Assembly: GCA_016870595.1 (NCBI GenBank)
Contig: VGBI01000003.1
Coordinates: forward strand, 534-64,533
From: Actinomycetota bacterium
GTDB lineage: Bacteria > Actinomycetota > Acidimicrobiia > IMCC26256 > PALSA-555
DNA: 64,000 bases
Direction of reading: 5' to 3'
Shown here piece by piece: positions 1 to 9,651 of the stretch (positions are counted from its first letter, which is position 1; every line of letters starts with the position of its first letter). Made by a program: the position numbers and the translations under genes. Below the pieces are notes generated by a model. That model had not been told where the DNA came from, made no database searches, and saw only the letters and a program-made list of their open reading frames with translations.

Positions 1-309
1 CTCGACCCGGACCATCCCTCGATCGGCATCGTCGTCTGGACCAGGGTCCGGTTCGGACGGAACTCGGGTGCGAAGGTCCGTCCGGTGGTGGTGGTGGCCG
101 GCAGCGGTCCTGACCACGTCGTCGTACGACCGATCTACCGGACCAAGGGATTCGCGGGCCGTGATTGCCGGAGTACCGAGATCACCGATCTCGGTACCGC
201 GGGGTTGTCAGCGCCTTCCGTGGTCAGCTTCGAGGAGCGTCGGGTCCCGATCGCCCGTCTCGGGCAGCGGATCGGCGTGCTCGCCACCGACGACTGGAAC
301 CAGTTGTGA
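1..309 (+). CDS. 3' end of an unidentified protein-coding gene (partial, begins before window)
   Basis: Frame 1 is open from base 1 to TGA at 307-309. The translation (...PVVVVAGSGPDHVVVRPIYRTKGFAGRD...GVLATDDWNQL) has ordinary, non Arg/Pro/Gly-skewed composition. No family recognised. Confidence 0.35.
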   Translation, partial: LDPDHPSIGIVVWTRVRFGRNSGAKVRPVVVVAGSGPDHVVVRPIYRTKGFAGRDCRSTEITDLGTAGLSAPSVVSFEERRVPIARLGQRIGVLATDDWNQL

Positions 310-340
310 GTGGAGTGAGCGAGAGCAGGTTGAGGTGACC

Positions 341-481
341 ATGGAGACACTCGGCGAGATCTTGCTGGGAATCTGGATCGTGATGCTCGTGGCTGCGATC
401 GTCGTCGTGGTCGGAGCGTTCTTCGCGGTGGTGGCGCTCATCACGTTGCCGTTCATCATCATCGCCTCGGTGTTCCTGTGA
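341..481 (+). CDS. Small hydrophobic membrane protein (46 aa), hypothetical
   Basis: ATG at 341 is preceded by GAGGTGA. The product METLGEILLGIWIVMLVAAIVVVVGAFFAVVALITLPFIIIASVFL is essentially two TM segments. It is the trimmed 3' part of ORF 68..481. Confidence 0.35.
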   Translation: METLGEILLGIWIVMLVAAIVVVVGAFFAVVALITLPFIIIASVFL

Positions 482-490
482 CCCGCCCCC

Positions 491-1702
491 TCAGCGGCGC
501 TTGCCCCAGGCGCTGAAGCTCGCCACCGATCCGGCGTGGGGCCGCTCCAGCCACGGCCACGGGTGCACCTCGGCGAGGTCGAGGGCCGTGGCATGGCGAC
601 GCCAGCCGGGCACCGGCGCGAACGTCGTGGCCACGGCCCGCCCGGCCAGCACCGTCACCGGGTCGCCCACGTGCACCTCGACCTCCCGGTCGGTGCCCAG
701 CTCGGCCAGCCGGTCGACCAGGAACACCAGCCGCTTCGTCGACAGACTCAGCCGCGCCAGCAGACCGAGGTCGAACACGAACACCACCGGCAGGCCGGGG
801 TGGGCCGCCAGCGCCGGGTCGTCGTCCCCGAGCGACTCCGCGGTCAGCCAGACCGCGTCGGGTGCCGCCCGCCGCTCGACCGCCGTCGGGCCGGCGGTCC
901 GCTGCGGATCGGGGTCACGACGGAGACGGGGATCGGCGTCGATGTCGGCGAGGTCGGGGTCGTCGGGCCAGTCCTCGATCGGGCAGGCCCGCCGCAGCGC
1001 GCACCCGGCGCACAGGTCGGGCGCCCGCCGCTGCACCTGCCACCGCGAGAACCCGTAGGCCTTGCCGGTGCCGGCTCCGATCGTCCACTGCCACCCGAGC
1101 CGGTTCGCGGCACGCGAGCCGTCGAGCAGGTGGGTGAAGAAGCGGTCCTCGCCGACCCGCCAGTCGGCCCCGTCGCGCACCGACCACTGCGACGCCAGCC
1201 ACATCCGGGTCTGGTTCACCAACCACCCGTCGCGCTCGAGCTCGTCGAGGTTCGTCGCCACGCACGCCATGCGCCGGTCCCACGGGTCGGCGTCGGGCGA
1301 TGTGCGCACCACCGGTGCCCGCCGCAACGGGGCGCCGGTCGCGCCACCAAGACGCGCGTAGAGATGGCGCGCGTACTCCTGCCAGCGCAGCTCGTCGCGG
1401 AACTTGCGCAGGTCCTCGGCCGGGCCGCGCACCTCGGCGTGCACCCGGGGCAGGGTGAGCAGCCCGTGGCGGATCCACGGCGACAGCCCCGACGCACCGC
1501 GCCGCTCGGGCGGCCACACCTCGTTGCGGCGTCGCGCGTACCCGGTCACGTCGAAGGTCGCGAGCGCGGTGTCGGCCGCGACCTGGGTCCCGACGAACCG
1601 GGTCGACCGGTGGGGCGCGTCGGCGCACACGTCGCCGAGGTGCGTGCCGACCCACCGCACCTCGGCGCCGGGCTCGGGGGTGGGGCGACGCGTGTCGGTC
1701 AC
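491..1702 (-). CDS. Cryptochrome/photolyase-family FAD-binding protein with atypical (reversed) domain order
   Basis: ORF 491..2035 trimmed to GTG 1700-1702, which overlaps the upstream gene's TGA (GTGA). The N-terminal ~250 aa carry photolyase FAD-domain motifs ([48 protein letters not shown]). The C-terminal ~120 aa ([35 protein letters not shown]) resemble the photolyase N-terminal alpha/beta domain. Confidence 0.8.
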   Translation of the reverse strand: MTDTRRPTPEPGAEVRWVGTHLGDVCADAPHRSTRFVGTQVAADTALATFDVTGYARRRNEVWPPERRGASGLSPWIRHGLLTLPRVHAEVRGPAEDLRKFRDELRWQEYARHLYARLGGATGAPLRRAPVVRTSPDADPWDRRMACVATNLDELERDGWLVNQTRMWLASQWSVRDGADWRVGEDRFFTHLLDGSRAANRLGWQWTIGAGTGKAYGFSRWQVQRRAPDLCAGCALRRACPIEDWPDDPDLADIDADPRLRRDPDPQRTAGPTAVERRAAPDAVWLTAESLGDDDPALAAHPGLPVVFVFDLGLLARLSLSTKRLVFLVDRLAELGTDREVEVHVGDPVTVLAGRAVATTFAPVPGWRRHATALDLAEVHPWPWLERPHAGSVASFSAWGKRR

Positions 1703-2067
1703 GGGCGCCCGATCCGGATCGGGCCCTTCGCGGTCGACGGGTCCACCGGCCGGCCCCGCTGCGTGATGACGACCCGCCCGTCGGCGCACAGCCGCCGGGC
1801 CGCCGCCCGCGTCGGCTCCATCAGCGGCTGCCAGTCGTCGCCGCCCACCACCCGGGCCGCCTCGCTCGGGCAGATCGTCGCCCCCCGGGCCCGGGCGTCG
1901 AGCAGCCGCTCGATCGCCGCCTCGAGGTCGTGGTCGACGGGCCGCAGGCCGCGTCGCCGGCAGGCGTCGGAGCAGTAACGGACCTCGTCCCACGACCGGG
2001 CCCACTTCTTGCGCCACTCCATCGTGCGCCCGCACACGACGCAGTCCTTCGCCGCCGGCGGGGCCAC
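1699..2067 (-). CDS. DUF2256 zinc-ribbon / DUF3253-like fusion protein
   Basis: [31 protein letters not shown] matches the DUF2256 signature. The remainder ([43 protein letters not shown]) matches the DUF3253 pattern. The stop codon overlaps the next start. Confidence 0.8.
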   Translation of the reverse strand: MAPPAAKDCVVCGRTMEWRKKWARSWDEVRYCSDACRRRGLRPVDHDLEAAIERLLDARARGATICPSEAARVVGGDDWQPLMEPTRAAARRLCADGRVVITQRGRPVDPSTAKGPIRIGRP

Positions 2068-2089
2068 GGACCCGACGTTACCGATCGGC

Positions 2090-4042
2090 CTACCGGCGGC
2101 TGACCACGATGACCTGGTCGCCGGGGTTCCAGTGCACCGGCGAGCGCTTGGGCGGGTTCACCACCAGGCCGTCGCCCAGGCTGGTGACCCCGGGCGCAAC
2201 GACCGCGGCCCGGTAGCCGAGCACCACGTCACCCACGGCGAGGCCGAGGTGCACCAGGTCGTCGAACGTCTCGGGTCGCGCGCCCGACGTCGCCTCCGGC
2301 ACCGGCAGCAGGCTGATCTCGGCGCCCTCGGCGTCGAGCAGGTCGGCGAACACGGCGTCGAGCTCGGGGTTCTCCGACAACTGGGCGATCATCAGGCTGG
2401 TGAGCCGGTCGCTCACGAGAAACCCGCCCGCTCCCGACGCCCGGGCCAGCGGCACGTCGCGGGGGTCGAGCAGCTCGGCCACCACCGTGGTCGTGTCGGG
2501 CGTGCCGTGCAGCGCCATCGCGTGGCGCAGCTGCAGAAGCGACATCAGCACCTCGGCGTCGGCGTCGGTGGGGTTGAGCCGGTCGCGGTACGACACCAGC
2601 AGCACGTGGTCGGGCGCGCGGGCGGTCCACGTGTCGACCACCGCGTCGGTGTCGTGATGGCTGAGCGCCCGCGTCTGCACGGCGAGGCGGGCGAGGTGAC
2701 CGAACGCGTCGGGGGCGGGGAAGTCGCAGTGCCGGGGGTCTGCCGCGATCAGCACGGTGGAGCCCGGCGCCACGTACTCCTCGAGCTCGCGCAGGATGAT
2801 CGGGCCGATCTCGCTCCAGCCCGAGAACAGGAAGTGCTCGGGGGCCCGCTCCGCCAGTGCGGGCGGCGGGGCCACCGCGGGGAGGGCGACCGTCTCGGGC
2901 ACGCCGGTGGGCGTGAACGTCGAGTCGTCCTCGGCCACCCCCACGAGCTGGTCGTCGGGCCCGACCACCGTCGCCGGGTCGGGGGCGAGCTCGACCGTGC
3001 CGTCGGCCCGGCGGATCCCGAGCAGCGCGACCCGGTCGAACGCCAGCACCGCCTGGGCGAACGTCGCCCCCACCAGCTCGGGGACCGACCGGAAGTAGAT
3101 CTCGCCCCCACCGAAGTCGAACAGCTCCTCGTAGACCGCGCTGAGCTGCTCCTCGCGGCACGCCTGCGCCGCGAGCCGGCCGACGACGTCGTCGCTGACG
3201 ATGGTGGTGATCCGGCCGTTGGTGACCCGCCGCAGCGCCGTCGCGCTGTGCTCCTCGTGACACTGGACCACGACGCGCATCGACGTGAGCTCAGGGTCGA
3301 ACGTCATGAGGGCGAGCACCGTGCGGATCGCCCGCGAGTCGCTGCGGGTCTCCTCGTCGGCGAGCACGATCACCGCCTTCGCCGCGGCCGGGTTGACGAT
3401 CGCGAGATCCACCACGTCGGAGCCGTCGCCGGTGCGGCACACGATGCGGGTCGTGCGGGAGTCGGGCACCCGGGACCGGATGGCCAGGTCGACCGTAGCC
3501 TTCTCGGCGGGACTGAGCACCACCACGCAGGCGTCGCGCTCGCTCGCGTTCGCCTCCACCAGCTCGGCCACGATCGTCGGCAGCACCGTGGTGAAGCCGA
3601 CGATCAGCGTGTGCCCGGTCTCGGTGACGAGGCCCCGGCCCTCGCGCAGGCTGGTGAGCTTCTGGTCGAGCCCGGTGGCGATCAGACCGATGAGCGTCGA
3701 CACCACGAAGATCCCGGCGACCGTCACGAGCAGCGACACGAGCCGGAAGTCCCAGCCTGCGTCGCCGCCCATCGTGCCCGGGTCCAGCGTGCGCAGGAGG
3801 CTGGCCCAGAACGCCTCGAGGAAGTCGCCGCGACGGTCGTCGGTGACCGCGGTGTCCAGGAGCGCAAGCGCCGCCGCGGCGAGCAGCACGACGGCGAGCG
3901 TCACCACCGCCAGCCACAGCATGAGGGGTGCCGTGCCCCGGGCGAACGTCTCGTCGATCCGGTAGCGCGCCCGCGCCCGCCACGGGAACCGCGGCTGCTC
4001 GTTGCGCCGCGGCGCGCGCCGGGGGAGGGGAGTGCCGCCCAC
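2090..4042 (-). CDS. CASTOR/POLLUX-related putative cation channel with RCK-like domains
   Basis: N-terminal [12 protein letters not shown] motif, two TM helices flanking a pore-like [10 protein letters not shown], then HTLIVGF and AVIVLADEE Rossmann/RCK-like repeats. 650 aa with normal composition. Confidence 0.8.
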   Translation of the reverse strand: MGGTPLPRRAPRRNEQPRFPWRARARYRIDETFARGTAPLMLWLAVVTLAVVLLAAAALALLDTAVTDDRRGDFLEAFWASLLRTLDPGTMGGDAGWDFRLVSLLVTVAGIFVVSTLIGLIATGLDQKLTSLREGRGLVTETGHTLIVGFTTVLPTIVAELVEANASERDACVVVLSPAEKATVDLAIRSRVPDSRTTRIVCRTGDGSDVVDLAIVNPAAAKAVIVLADEETRSDSRAIRTVLALMTFDPELTSMRVVVQCHEEHSATALRRVTNGRITTIVSDDVVGRLAAQACREEQLSAVYEELFDFGGGEIYFRSVPELVGATFAQAVLAFDRVALLGIRRADGTVELAPDPATVVGPDDQLVGVAEDDSTFTPTGVPETVALPAVAPPPALAERAPEHFLFSGWSEIGPIILRELEEYVAPGSTVLIAADPRHCDFPAPDAFGHLARLAVQTRALSHHDTDAVVDTWTARAPDHVLLVSYRDRLNPTDADAEVLMSLLQLRHAMALHGTPDTTTVVAELLDPRDVPLARASGAGGFLVSDRLTSLMIAQLSENPELDAVFADLLDAEGAEISLLPVPEATSGARPETFDDLVHLGLAVGDVVLGYRAAVVAPGVTSLGDGLVVNPPKRSPVHWNPGDQVIVVSRR

Positions 4043-4123
4043 GGCCGTAGCCTAGGCCCGTCGCCGCACCCGCCGCCCGGAGCCGGCCTCGCCTGAGGGT
4101 CCCTGGAGGAGGAGCAGCTCGGC

Positions 4124-4396
4124 ATGGACGAGGCGGCGTACCTGACCGACCGCCCGGTCGGGGGGTGGGCGCAGTTGGTCACCGACCGTACGCTCGAGCT
4201 CCACCTCGCGGCACTGGGCGAGCGTCTCCAGCGGGTCGAGGAACGCCTCGACGCCCGGGTCGAGGTGCTGCGCCACGAAGTCACCGCGCAGATCGAGCGG
4301 GGCTTCCGGCGCCAGACCTGGGCCCTCCTCGGCGTCACGATCAGCGGGTTCGTGGCGGTCCTCGGCGCCCTCGTGGCCCTGGTCGGCACCACCTGA
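4124..4396 (+). CDS. Hypothetical coiled-coil protein with C-terminal TM anchor
   Basis: Strong GGAGGAGGAG Shine-Dalgarno ~9 nt upstream of the ATG. The product has a helical E/R/L-rich segment and a C-terminal TM (WALLGVTISGFVAVLGALVALV). Confidence 0.5.
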   Translation: MDEAAYLTDRPVGGWAQLVTDRTLELHLAALGERLQRVEERLDARVEVLRHEVTAQIERGFRRQTWALLGVTISGFVAVLGALVALVGTT

Positions 4397-4418
4397 TCCG
4401 ATCGGCAATGCTTGCACC

Positions 4419-5294
4419 ATGAGTCTCACCGTGCGCCCCCTGTCCCGCGCCCTCGGCGCCGAGGTGACCGGCATCGACCTCGCCACGGTCACCGACGCCG
4501 ACGCCGCCGGGATCCGCGAGCTCCTGCTCGAGCACCTCGTCTGCTTCTTCCCCGGCCAGCAGCTCGACCGTGACGCCCACGTCGCGCTCGGCCGGGCCTT
4601 CAGCGAGCTCGAGGTCAACCCCAACCTGCCCAGCCCCGAGGGCGGTCCGCGCGAGATGGTGGAGCTGCGGGCCAGCCAGGGCGGGATCGCCGACGAGTGG
4701 CACACCGACGTGACCTTCCTCCCCAGCCCCTCGGTGATGTCGATCATGCACATGGTCCAGTGCCCCGATCTCGGCGGCGACACCATGTGGTCGAACCAGT
4801 ACCACGCCTACGAGGAGCTCAGCCCGGCGCTCCAAGAGCTGCTCCTCGGGTGTACCGCCCTCCACGACGCCGAGCCCCACGGCAAGCCCGACATGAAGGC
4901 GCACCACCCGGTGGTGCGGGTCCATCCCGAGACGGGTCGGCGGTCGCTCTTCGTCAACACCCAGTTCACCCGGCGCATCGTCGAGCTGAGCCACGCCGAG
5001 AGCGAGGCGCTGCTCGGGTTCCTCAAGGGGTGGTCCACCCAGGACCGCTTCTGCGTCCGCTACGCCTGGACCCCCGGCACCGTCGCCATCTGGGACAACC
5101 GGGTCACCCAGCACCACGTGGTCAACGACTTCGAGGGCGAGCGCATCATCCAGCGGGTCACGGTGCTCGGCGACCTCCCGACCGGTGAGCCCGCCCGCTG
5201 GGAGCCCTACGCCCCGACCCGGCGGGGCTCGGTCGCCCGCCACGACACCCTGCTCGCCCGCGACCTCCGACTCGCGGCCGCCGCCGCCGACTGA
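4419..5294 (+). CDS. TauD/TfdA-family Fe(II)/2-oxoglutarate dioxygenase
   Basis: Family-typical N-terminus (RPLSRALGAEVTGIDL), the WHTDVTF His-x-Asp iron motif, GGDTMWSN, and the C-terminal IWDNRVTQHH motif. Confidence 0.9.
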   Translation: MSLTVRPLSRALGAEVTGIDLATVTDADAAGIRELLLEHLVCFFPGQQLDRDAHVALGRAFSELEVNPNLPSPEGGPREMVELRASQGGIADEWHTDVTFLPSPSVMSIMHMVQCPDLGGDTMWSNQYHAYEELSPALQELLLGCTALHDAEPHGKPDMKAHHPVVRVHPETGRRSLFVNTQFTRRIVELSHAESEALLGFLKGWSTQDRFCVRYAWTPGTVAIWDNRVTQHHVVNDFEGERIIQRVTVLGDLPTGEPARWEPYAPTRRGSVARHDTLLARDLRLAAAAAD

Positions 5295-5441
5295 CCCCGG
5301 CACCTTCGGCCCCGGGCCCGCCGGGCCCGCCGGGCCCGGTCCGCCCCGGGCGTCCCCGGTCCCGCGTGCATCGCGGGCCCCGGTGCGACAAGATGGTGGG
5401 CACCGCCCGGGGCGCGCCGGGCCGTCATCCCAGGGGGTCCC

Positions 5442-6759
5442 GTGGACCGCTACCTCGTCATCTCGTCCGACACCCACGCGGGCCCGAACTCGCCGGTGTA
5501 CCGCGACTACCTCGACCCGAAGTACCGGGCCGCCTTCGACGAGGAGCTCGCCGAGCGCCAGGCCCTCATCGACAAGCGCCGTGAGAGCGCCGAGGCTTCC
5601 CCGTTCGTCGGCGACGACGAGTTCAAGGAGGAGTGGTTCGGCGTCGACGACGAGGGCCACAGCCTCCACGAGATCGGCCTGCGCGGCGGCTGGGACGCGG
5701 CCACCCGCGACACCGAGCTCGACAACGACGGCGTGGCCGCCGAGGTCGTGTTCCCCGGCCCCGACGCCGCCACCGGCACGATGGGCGCACCGTTCGGCGC
5801 GGGCTTCATCCCCGTCGCCACCCGCGACGACGACCACCTCCTCGCCGGCGCCCGCGCCTACAACCGCTGGGCCGCCGAGCTCTGCCAGGCCAGCCCCGGT
5901 CGGCGCGCCGGGCTGATCGTCGCCCCGATCGCCGGCGACCCCGACGGCGCGATCGCCGAGATCCGGCGGGCCTACGACGACGGGCTCACCGGCGGCATCA
6001 TCATCCCGCCGCGCTGGGGCGACAACGAGTCGTACACCAGCTACCGCTACGACCCGGTGTGGGCGACCTGCGAGGAGCTGTCGCTGCCGGTGCACTGCCA
6101 CTCCGGGCCCGCGCCCCAGGAGGAGTACGGCGAGGTGCCGGGCTGGATGAGCGTCTACGGCTACGAGACGATCTTCTACACCGCCCGTCCGCTGTGGTTC
6201 ATGCTGCTCACCGGCGTGTTCGAGCGGTTCCCGAAGCTCAAGATGGCCGTCACCGAGGCCGGCTGCTACTGGGTCTCCGACCTGCTGTGGCGCGCCGACA
6301 TGATGGCGATGCGCGAGCACGGCATGCGCAAGATGGTCGGCACCCGCGGCACCCTCACCATGCTGCCGAGCGAGTACTTCGACCGCAACATCAAGATCGG
6401 CGCGTCCAACACGCGCCGGCGTGAGCTCGGGCGCCGCTACGAGATCGGCGTGGGCAACATCATGTGGGGCAACGACTTCCCCCACCCCGAGGGCACCTGG
6501 CCGTATACGCGGGAGTTCCTCAAGTCCCGGTTCTGGGACATCCCCATCGACGAGACCGCGCGGATCCTCGGGCAGAACCACGTCGACTTCTACGGCTTCG
6601 ACGTCGACCTGCTCCCCCATCGCCGACCGGGTCGGCCCGAGCCCCGCGGACCTCGGCCAGGACGACGCGGTGTCGGTGCCGAAGTGGGCGCCGTTCGAGG
6701 CGGCCGGTCGGCCCTGGCTGACCGGGGTCGAGGCCGGCGCCTCGCTCACCGACACCTGA
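5442..6759 (+). CDS. Amidohydrolase-2 (ACMSD-like metal-dependent hydrolase/decarboxylase) family protein, interrupted by an apparent +1 frameshift at C5 run 6614-6618
   Basis: ISSDTHAG at the N-terminus and NIMWGNDFPHPEG near the C-terminus are typical of the family. After 6618 the original frame becomes Arg/Gly/Pro junk (HRRPGRPEPRGPRP...). The +1 frame reads PIADRVGPSPADLGQDDAVSVPKWAPFEAAGRPWLTG... and ends at 6759. Confidence 0.75.
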
Positions 6760-6823
6760 GTCGTCACACCAGCACCGCAACCGCACCGCCCGCCGCACCC
6801 GGCGTTCCCGGAGGAGCACCGCA

Positions 6824-7570
6824 ATGACCCAGAACCGCTGGATCCAGGGTTCCCGTCACGGGCACGGCGCCGACGTCGTGCCGTTCCCGGCCAACCCCCG
6901 GCTCGAGGTCGTGTACCTCACCGACCCCGAGGTGCACGCCGCGGTGCTGCCGCCACCGCTCACCCCGCCGGCCGAGCCCCGGGTGCGGGTGCACTTCACC
7001 CGCATCGAGATCGACGGCCACGTGCACGAGATCGTCGGCTCGGTCAACCTCGACGCGATGTTCGGCGACCGCCTCGGTCAGTTCTGCGCCGTGATGCCGA
7101 TCGACCTCGAGACCGCCGTGAGCCCGAGCCGCGAGACCTACGGCGAGCCGAAGAAGCTGGCCGACATGGTCTTCGACCGCGACGGCAACCAGATCCGGGC
7201 CAGCGTCACCCGGCAGGGGGTCACCCTCATCGAGGTGCTCGCCGAGGTGACCGGTGAGCAGCCCGTGCCCGCGCCGTACGAGGTGCTGCAGTACTGGTAC
7301 AAGTTCCTGCCCGCGGTGTCGGGCGAGGGCTTCGACGCCGGTCCGTTCCTCGTGACGCTGCACCAGACGGTCAAGGCCGAGAGCTGCGAGAAGGTCGAGG
7401 GCAAGCTCGTGCTGCGTGACCTGCCCGGTACGCCGGTGGCCGACCTGCCGGTGCTCGAGCTCGAGTCGATGCGGCTCATGCGCGTGCAGACCGACTACTA
7501 CCACGTGCTCGAGGACGTGGTCGTCGACCCGGTGCGCTACGCGCAGCACGTGAGCGTGCAGTACTCGTAG
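6824..7570 (+). CDS. Acetoacetate decarboxylase (ADC)-family protein
   Basis: 248 aa with the ADC-like pattern (SRETYGEPKKLA, LQYWYKFLPAVSGEGF, double-barrel length). Confidence 0.8.
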   Translation: MTQNRWIQGSRHGHGADVVPFPANPRLEVVYLTDPEVHAAVLPPPLTPPAEPRVRVHFTRIEIDGHVHEIVGSVNLDAMFGDRLGQFCAVMPIDLETAVSPSRETYGEPKKLADMVFDRDGNQIRASVTRQGVTLIEVLAEVTGEQPVPAPYEVLQYWYKFLPAVSGEGFDAGPFLVTLHQTVKAESCEKVEGKLVLRDLPGTPVADLPVLELESMRLMRVQTDYYHVLEDVVVDPVRYAQHVSVQYS

Positions 7571-7585
7571 TCGCGCGCGATCGGG

Positions 7586-8395
7586 GTGTCCCACCCCGTT
7601 CCTATCGTCGGCGACATGGGTTGGTCGCTCGGCGTCATCCGTCCGCTCCCCGGTGAGTCGGTGCGCGAGGCGGTCGACCGCGTGTACGCGGGCGGCTTCG
7701 TCATGGAGTGCGCCGGTGACACCACCCTCGTGTCGCGGGTGCCGGGTCGGCGTCGCGACCACACCCGTCCGACCACCGCCGAGCGGGCCGAGATGCTCGA
7801 GACGATCCAACGCCTCACCGACCTCGGGCTCGACGTCGAGGTGGAGGAGGAGCGCCGGGCCCGGCGTCGCCGCTGGCCCCACTGGTACGTGCTGGTGTCC
7901 GAGCCGGCGTCGATGCAGATCGACGTGTTCGTCGACTGCGCCGAGCTGAGCGTCCTCCCCGGACGCGACCACGGCCGGGCCGAGGTCGAGGCGGTCGCGG
8001 TCGACCGCACCGGCACACCGGTCGCCACCGCGCGCACCGCCCGCACGCTCACCCCCAAGCGCCTGCGGGCGGTGCGCCTGCGCGACGGCAAGTGCCGGGT
8101 GCCGGGCTGCGACCGCCGGACCGGGCTCGAGGCCCACCACCTGTGGCCGGCCAGCTGGGGTGGGTCCGACGAGATCCACAACCTCGCCATGGTCTGCACC
8201 GGCGGGAGCACCGACCACCACGCCCAGCTCGTCCCCCAGGGGCCCTGGCTCCTCGCCGGGAACCCGAACCACCCCAACGGCCTCGCGCTGGTGCACCGAC
8301 GGGAGGTGGCCGAGCTCACCGCCCAGGCCGCCCGGTCGGGGTCGCGGTCGGGGTCGGGCGGTCCCTGCGGTTCGCCGGGTGGCCCCGGCCCCTGA
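7586..8395 (+). CDS. HNH endonuclease domain protein
   Basis: HNH core CRVPGCDRRTGLEAHHLWPASWGGSDEIHNLAMVCTGGSTDHH. The N-terminal ~170 aa were not recognised. Gly/Ser/Pro-rich tail. Confidence 0.75.
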   Translation: MSHPVPIVGDMGWSLGVIRPLPGESVREAVDRVYAGGFVMECAGDTTLVSRVPGRRRDHTRPTTAERAEMLETIQRLTDLGLDVEVEEERRARRRRWPHWYVLVSEPASMQIDVFVDCAELSVLPGRDHGRAEVEAVAVDRTGTPVATARTARTLTPKRLRAVRLRDGKCRVPGCDRRTGLEAHHLWPASWGGSDEIHNLAMVCTGGSTDHHAQLVPQGPWLLAGNPNHPNGLALVHRREVAELTAQAARSGSRSGSGGPCGSPGGPGP

Positions 8396-8547
8396 GCGCC
8401 GGGTGGCCGCTGATGGACCGACGACGGACCCGCAGTGCGCGGAGGTCGGATGACGAGCCCGGACCGCAGGCTGGTGACGCGAGCGTGCGCGCAGCGGCGC
8501 GCGTGGTGGTGTGTGCTGGCGGTGCGGGCCGGATGCCGGGGGTGCGA

Positions 8548-9600
8548 TCAGGCCGGAGTGGTGGTGACGTCGAGGCCGCCTGCGAGGGTGCGGGCGATCG
8601 CGTACTCCTCGGTGAGGATCTGCAGGACGCGGGCCACGCCGTCGGCGCCACCCACCGTCAGCCCCCACGCGGCCGGGCGGCCGATGCCCACCGCGGTCGC
8701 GCCGAGGGCGACGGCGACCAGGACATCGCTGCCGTGGCGCACGCCGCCGTCGACGATCACCGGGAGGGCGCCGGCGACCGCGGCGACCACCTCGGGCAGC
8801 GCGTCGATCGCGGCGGGCACGCCGTCGAGCTGGCGGCCCCCGTGGTTCGACACGATCACCGCCGCGGCCCCGTGGGCCACCGCGGCGCGGGCGTCGGTGG
8901 CCGTCAGCACCCCCTTGGCCAGCCACGGGATACCCGAGCCGGCCCCGACCTCGGCCACCATCTCCCAGGTCCAGCCCACGGCCCCGGCGGTGCGCTCGGC
9001 GTAGTCCTCGGGGCCGTAGTTGGCGCTGGCCAGGGCGAGGGCCGACGGCGGGTCGGGGTCCTCGAGCGTGCGCTCGCGCCAGCCGGGGCGGGGCGTGTCG
9101 ACGGTGATGCACAGCGCCCGGTAGCCGGCGTCGGCGGCGCGCCGGGCCGTGCGCTCGACCACGCCCATGGGGCCGAGCGCCGAGACCTGGAACGCCCATG
9201 CGCCCGCGGGCGACGCCGCGTGCACGTCCTCGAGGGTGAAGCCGGAGCTCGACGACGCGATGGCCACGGTGCCCGCCGCCGCGGCACCCTGCACCACGGC
9301 TCGGTGACCGTCGGGGTGGAACAGGCGGTCGAGGCCGAACGGGGCCACGAGCAGGGGAGTGGCGAGGGGCGCGCCGAGCAGGTCGGTGGTGGTGTCGACC
9401 CGGGCGGCACCGGTCAGCACCGTCGGGCGGATCACGAAGCGGTCGAACGCGGCCTCGTTGGCCCGCAGGGTGCGCTCGGCGCCTGCGCCACCCTCGAGGT
9501 ACGCGAGCGCGCCCGGGGTCAGGCGGGCGTGGGCCGCCCGCCGGTACGCCGCCAGCGTCGGGGGAAGCCCGGAGGAGGAGGAGGAGGAGTCGTCCGCCAC
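8548..9600 (-). CDS. FMN-dependent alpha-hydroxy acid oxidase/dehydrogenase (glycolate oxidase / lactate monooxygenase family)
   Basis: YLEGGAGAERTLRAN, VSNHGGRQLDG and VDGGVRHGSDV motifs. GTG start followed by an (TCC)6 Ser run. Confidence 0.9.
   Translation of the reverse strand: MADDSSSSSSGLPPTLAAYRRAAHARLTPGALAYLEGGAGAERTLRANEAAFDRFVIRPTVLTGAARVDTTTDLLGAPLATPLLVAPFGLDRLFHPDGHRAVVQGAAAAGTVAIASSSSGFTLEDVHAASPAGAWAFQVSALGPMGVVERTARRAADAGYRALCITVDTPRPGWRERTLEDPDPPSALALASANYGPEDYAERTAGAVGWTWEMVAEVGAGSGIPWLAKGVLTATDARAAVAHGAAAVIVSNHGGRQLDGVPAAIDALPEVVAAVAGALPVIVDGGVRHGSDVLVAVALGATAVGIGRPAAWGLTVGGADGVARVLQILTEEYAIARTLAGGLDVTTTPA
9571..9589. repeat. (GGA)6 trinucleotide microsatellite encoding Ser6 at the N-terminus of the hydroxy-acid oxidase
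   Basis: ggaggaggaggaggaggag read directly at 9571-9589. It is in frame on the minus strand (SSSSSS). Confidence 0.9.
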
Positions 9601-9651
9601 GGGCCCGGGTCTACTACGCCCCGGCCGGGTGTGGCCGCAGTGGGCGGCGCA

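Noticed and set aside
2009-4096. Long ORFs antisense to or out of frame with real genes. Examples: 2009..4096 +, 4341..6824 -, 6764..9199 -, 8092..10470 +, 25570..28794 -, 39165..41636 -, 54972..57596 +, 59247..62228 +.
   Set aside because: Their translations are dominated by Arg/Gly/Pro/His/Asp runs with no recognisable motifs. Each mirrors a well-supported gene on the other strand or frame. These are typical shadow ORFs of very high-GC DNA.
4419-5294. TauD-family dioxygenases (4419..5294 and 22389..23252) as PhnY-like partners of the PhnZ-like HD protein at 56754..57329.
   Set aside because: They are 30-50 kb from the HD gene and embedded in other operons. No sequence-level reason links them.
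6619-6827. Frame-0 continuation of the amidohydrolase ORF, ending in an ATGA overlap with the ADC-like gene. This could be read as genuine translational coupling.
   Set aside because: The 70-aa tail is Arg/Gly/Pro junk, whereas the +1 frame gives a normal C-terminus. The ATGA overlap is most simply coincidental.
7586-8395. Calling the HNH gene a mobile element or homing endonuclease cassette.
   Set aside because: No terminal repeats, target duplication or associated intein, intron or integrase could be seen, so it is kept as a plain CDS plus a low-interest finding.
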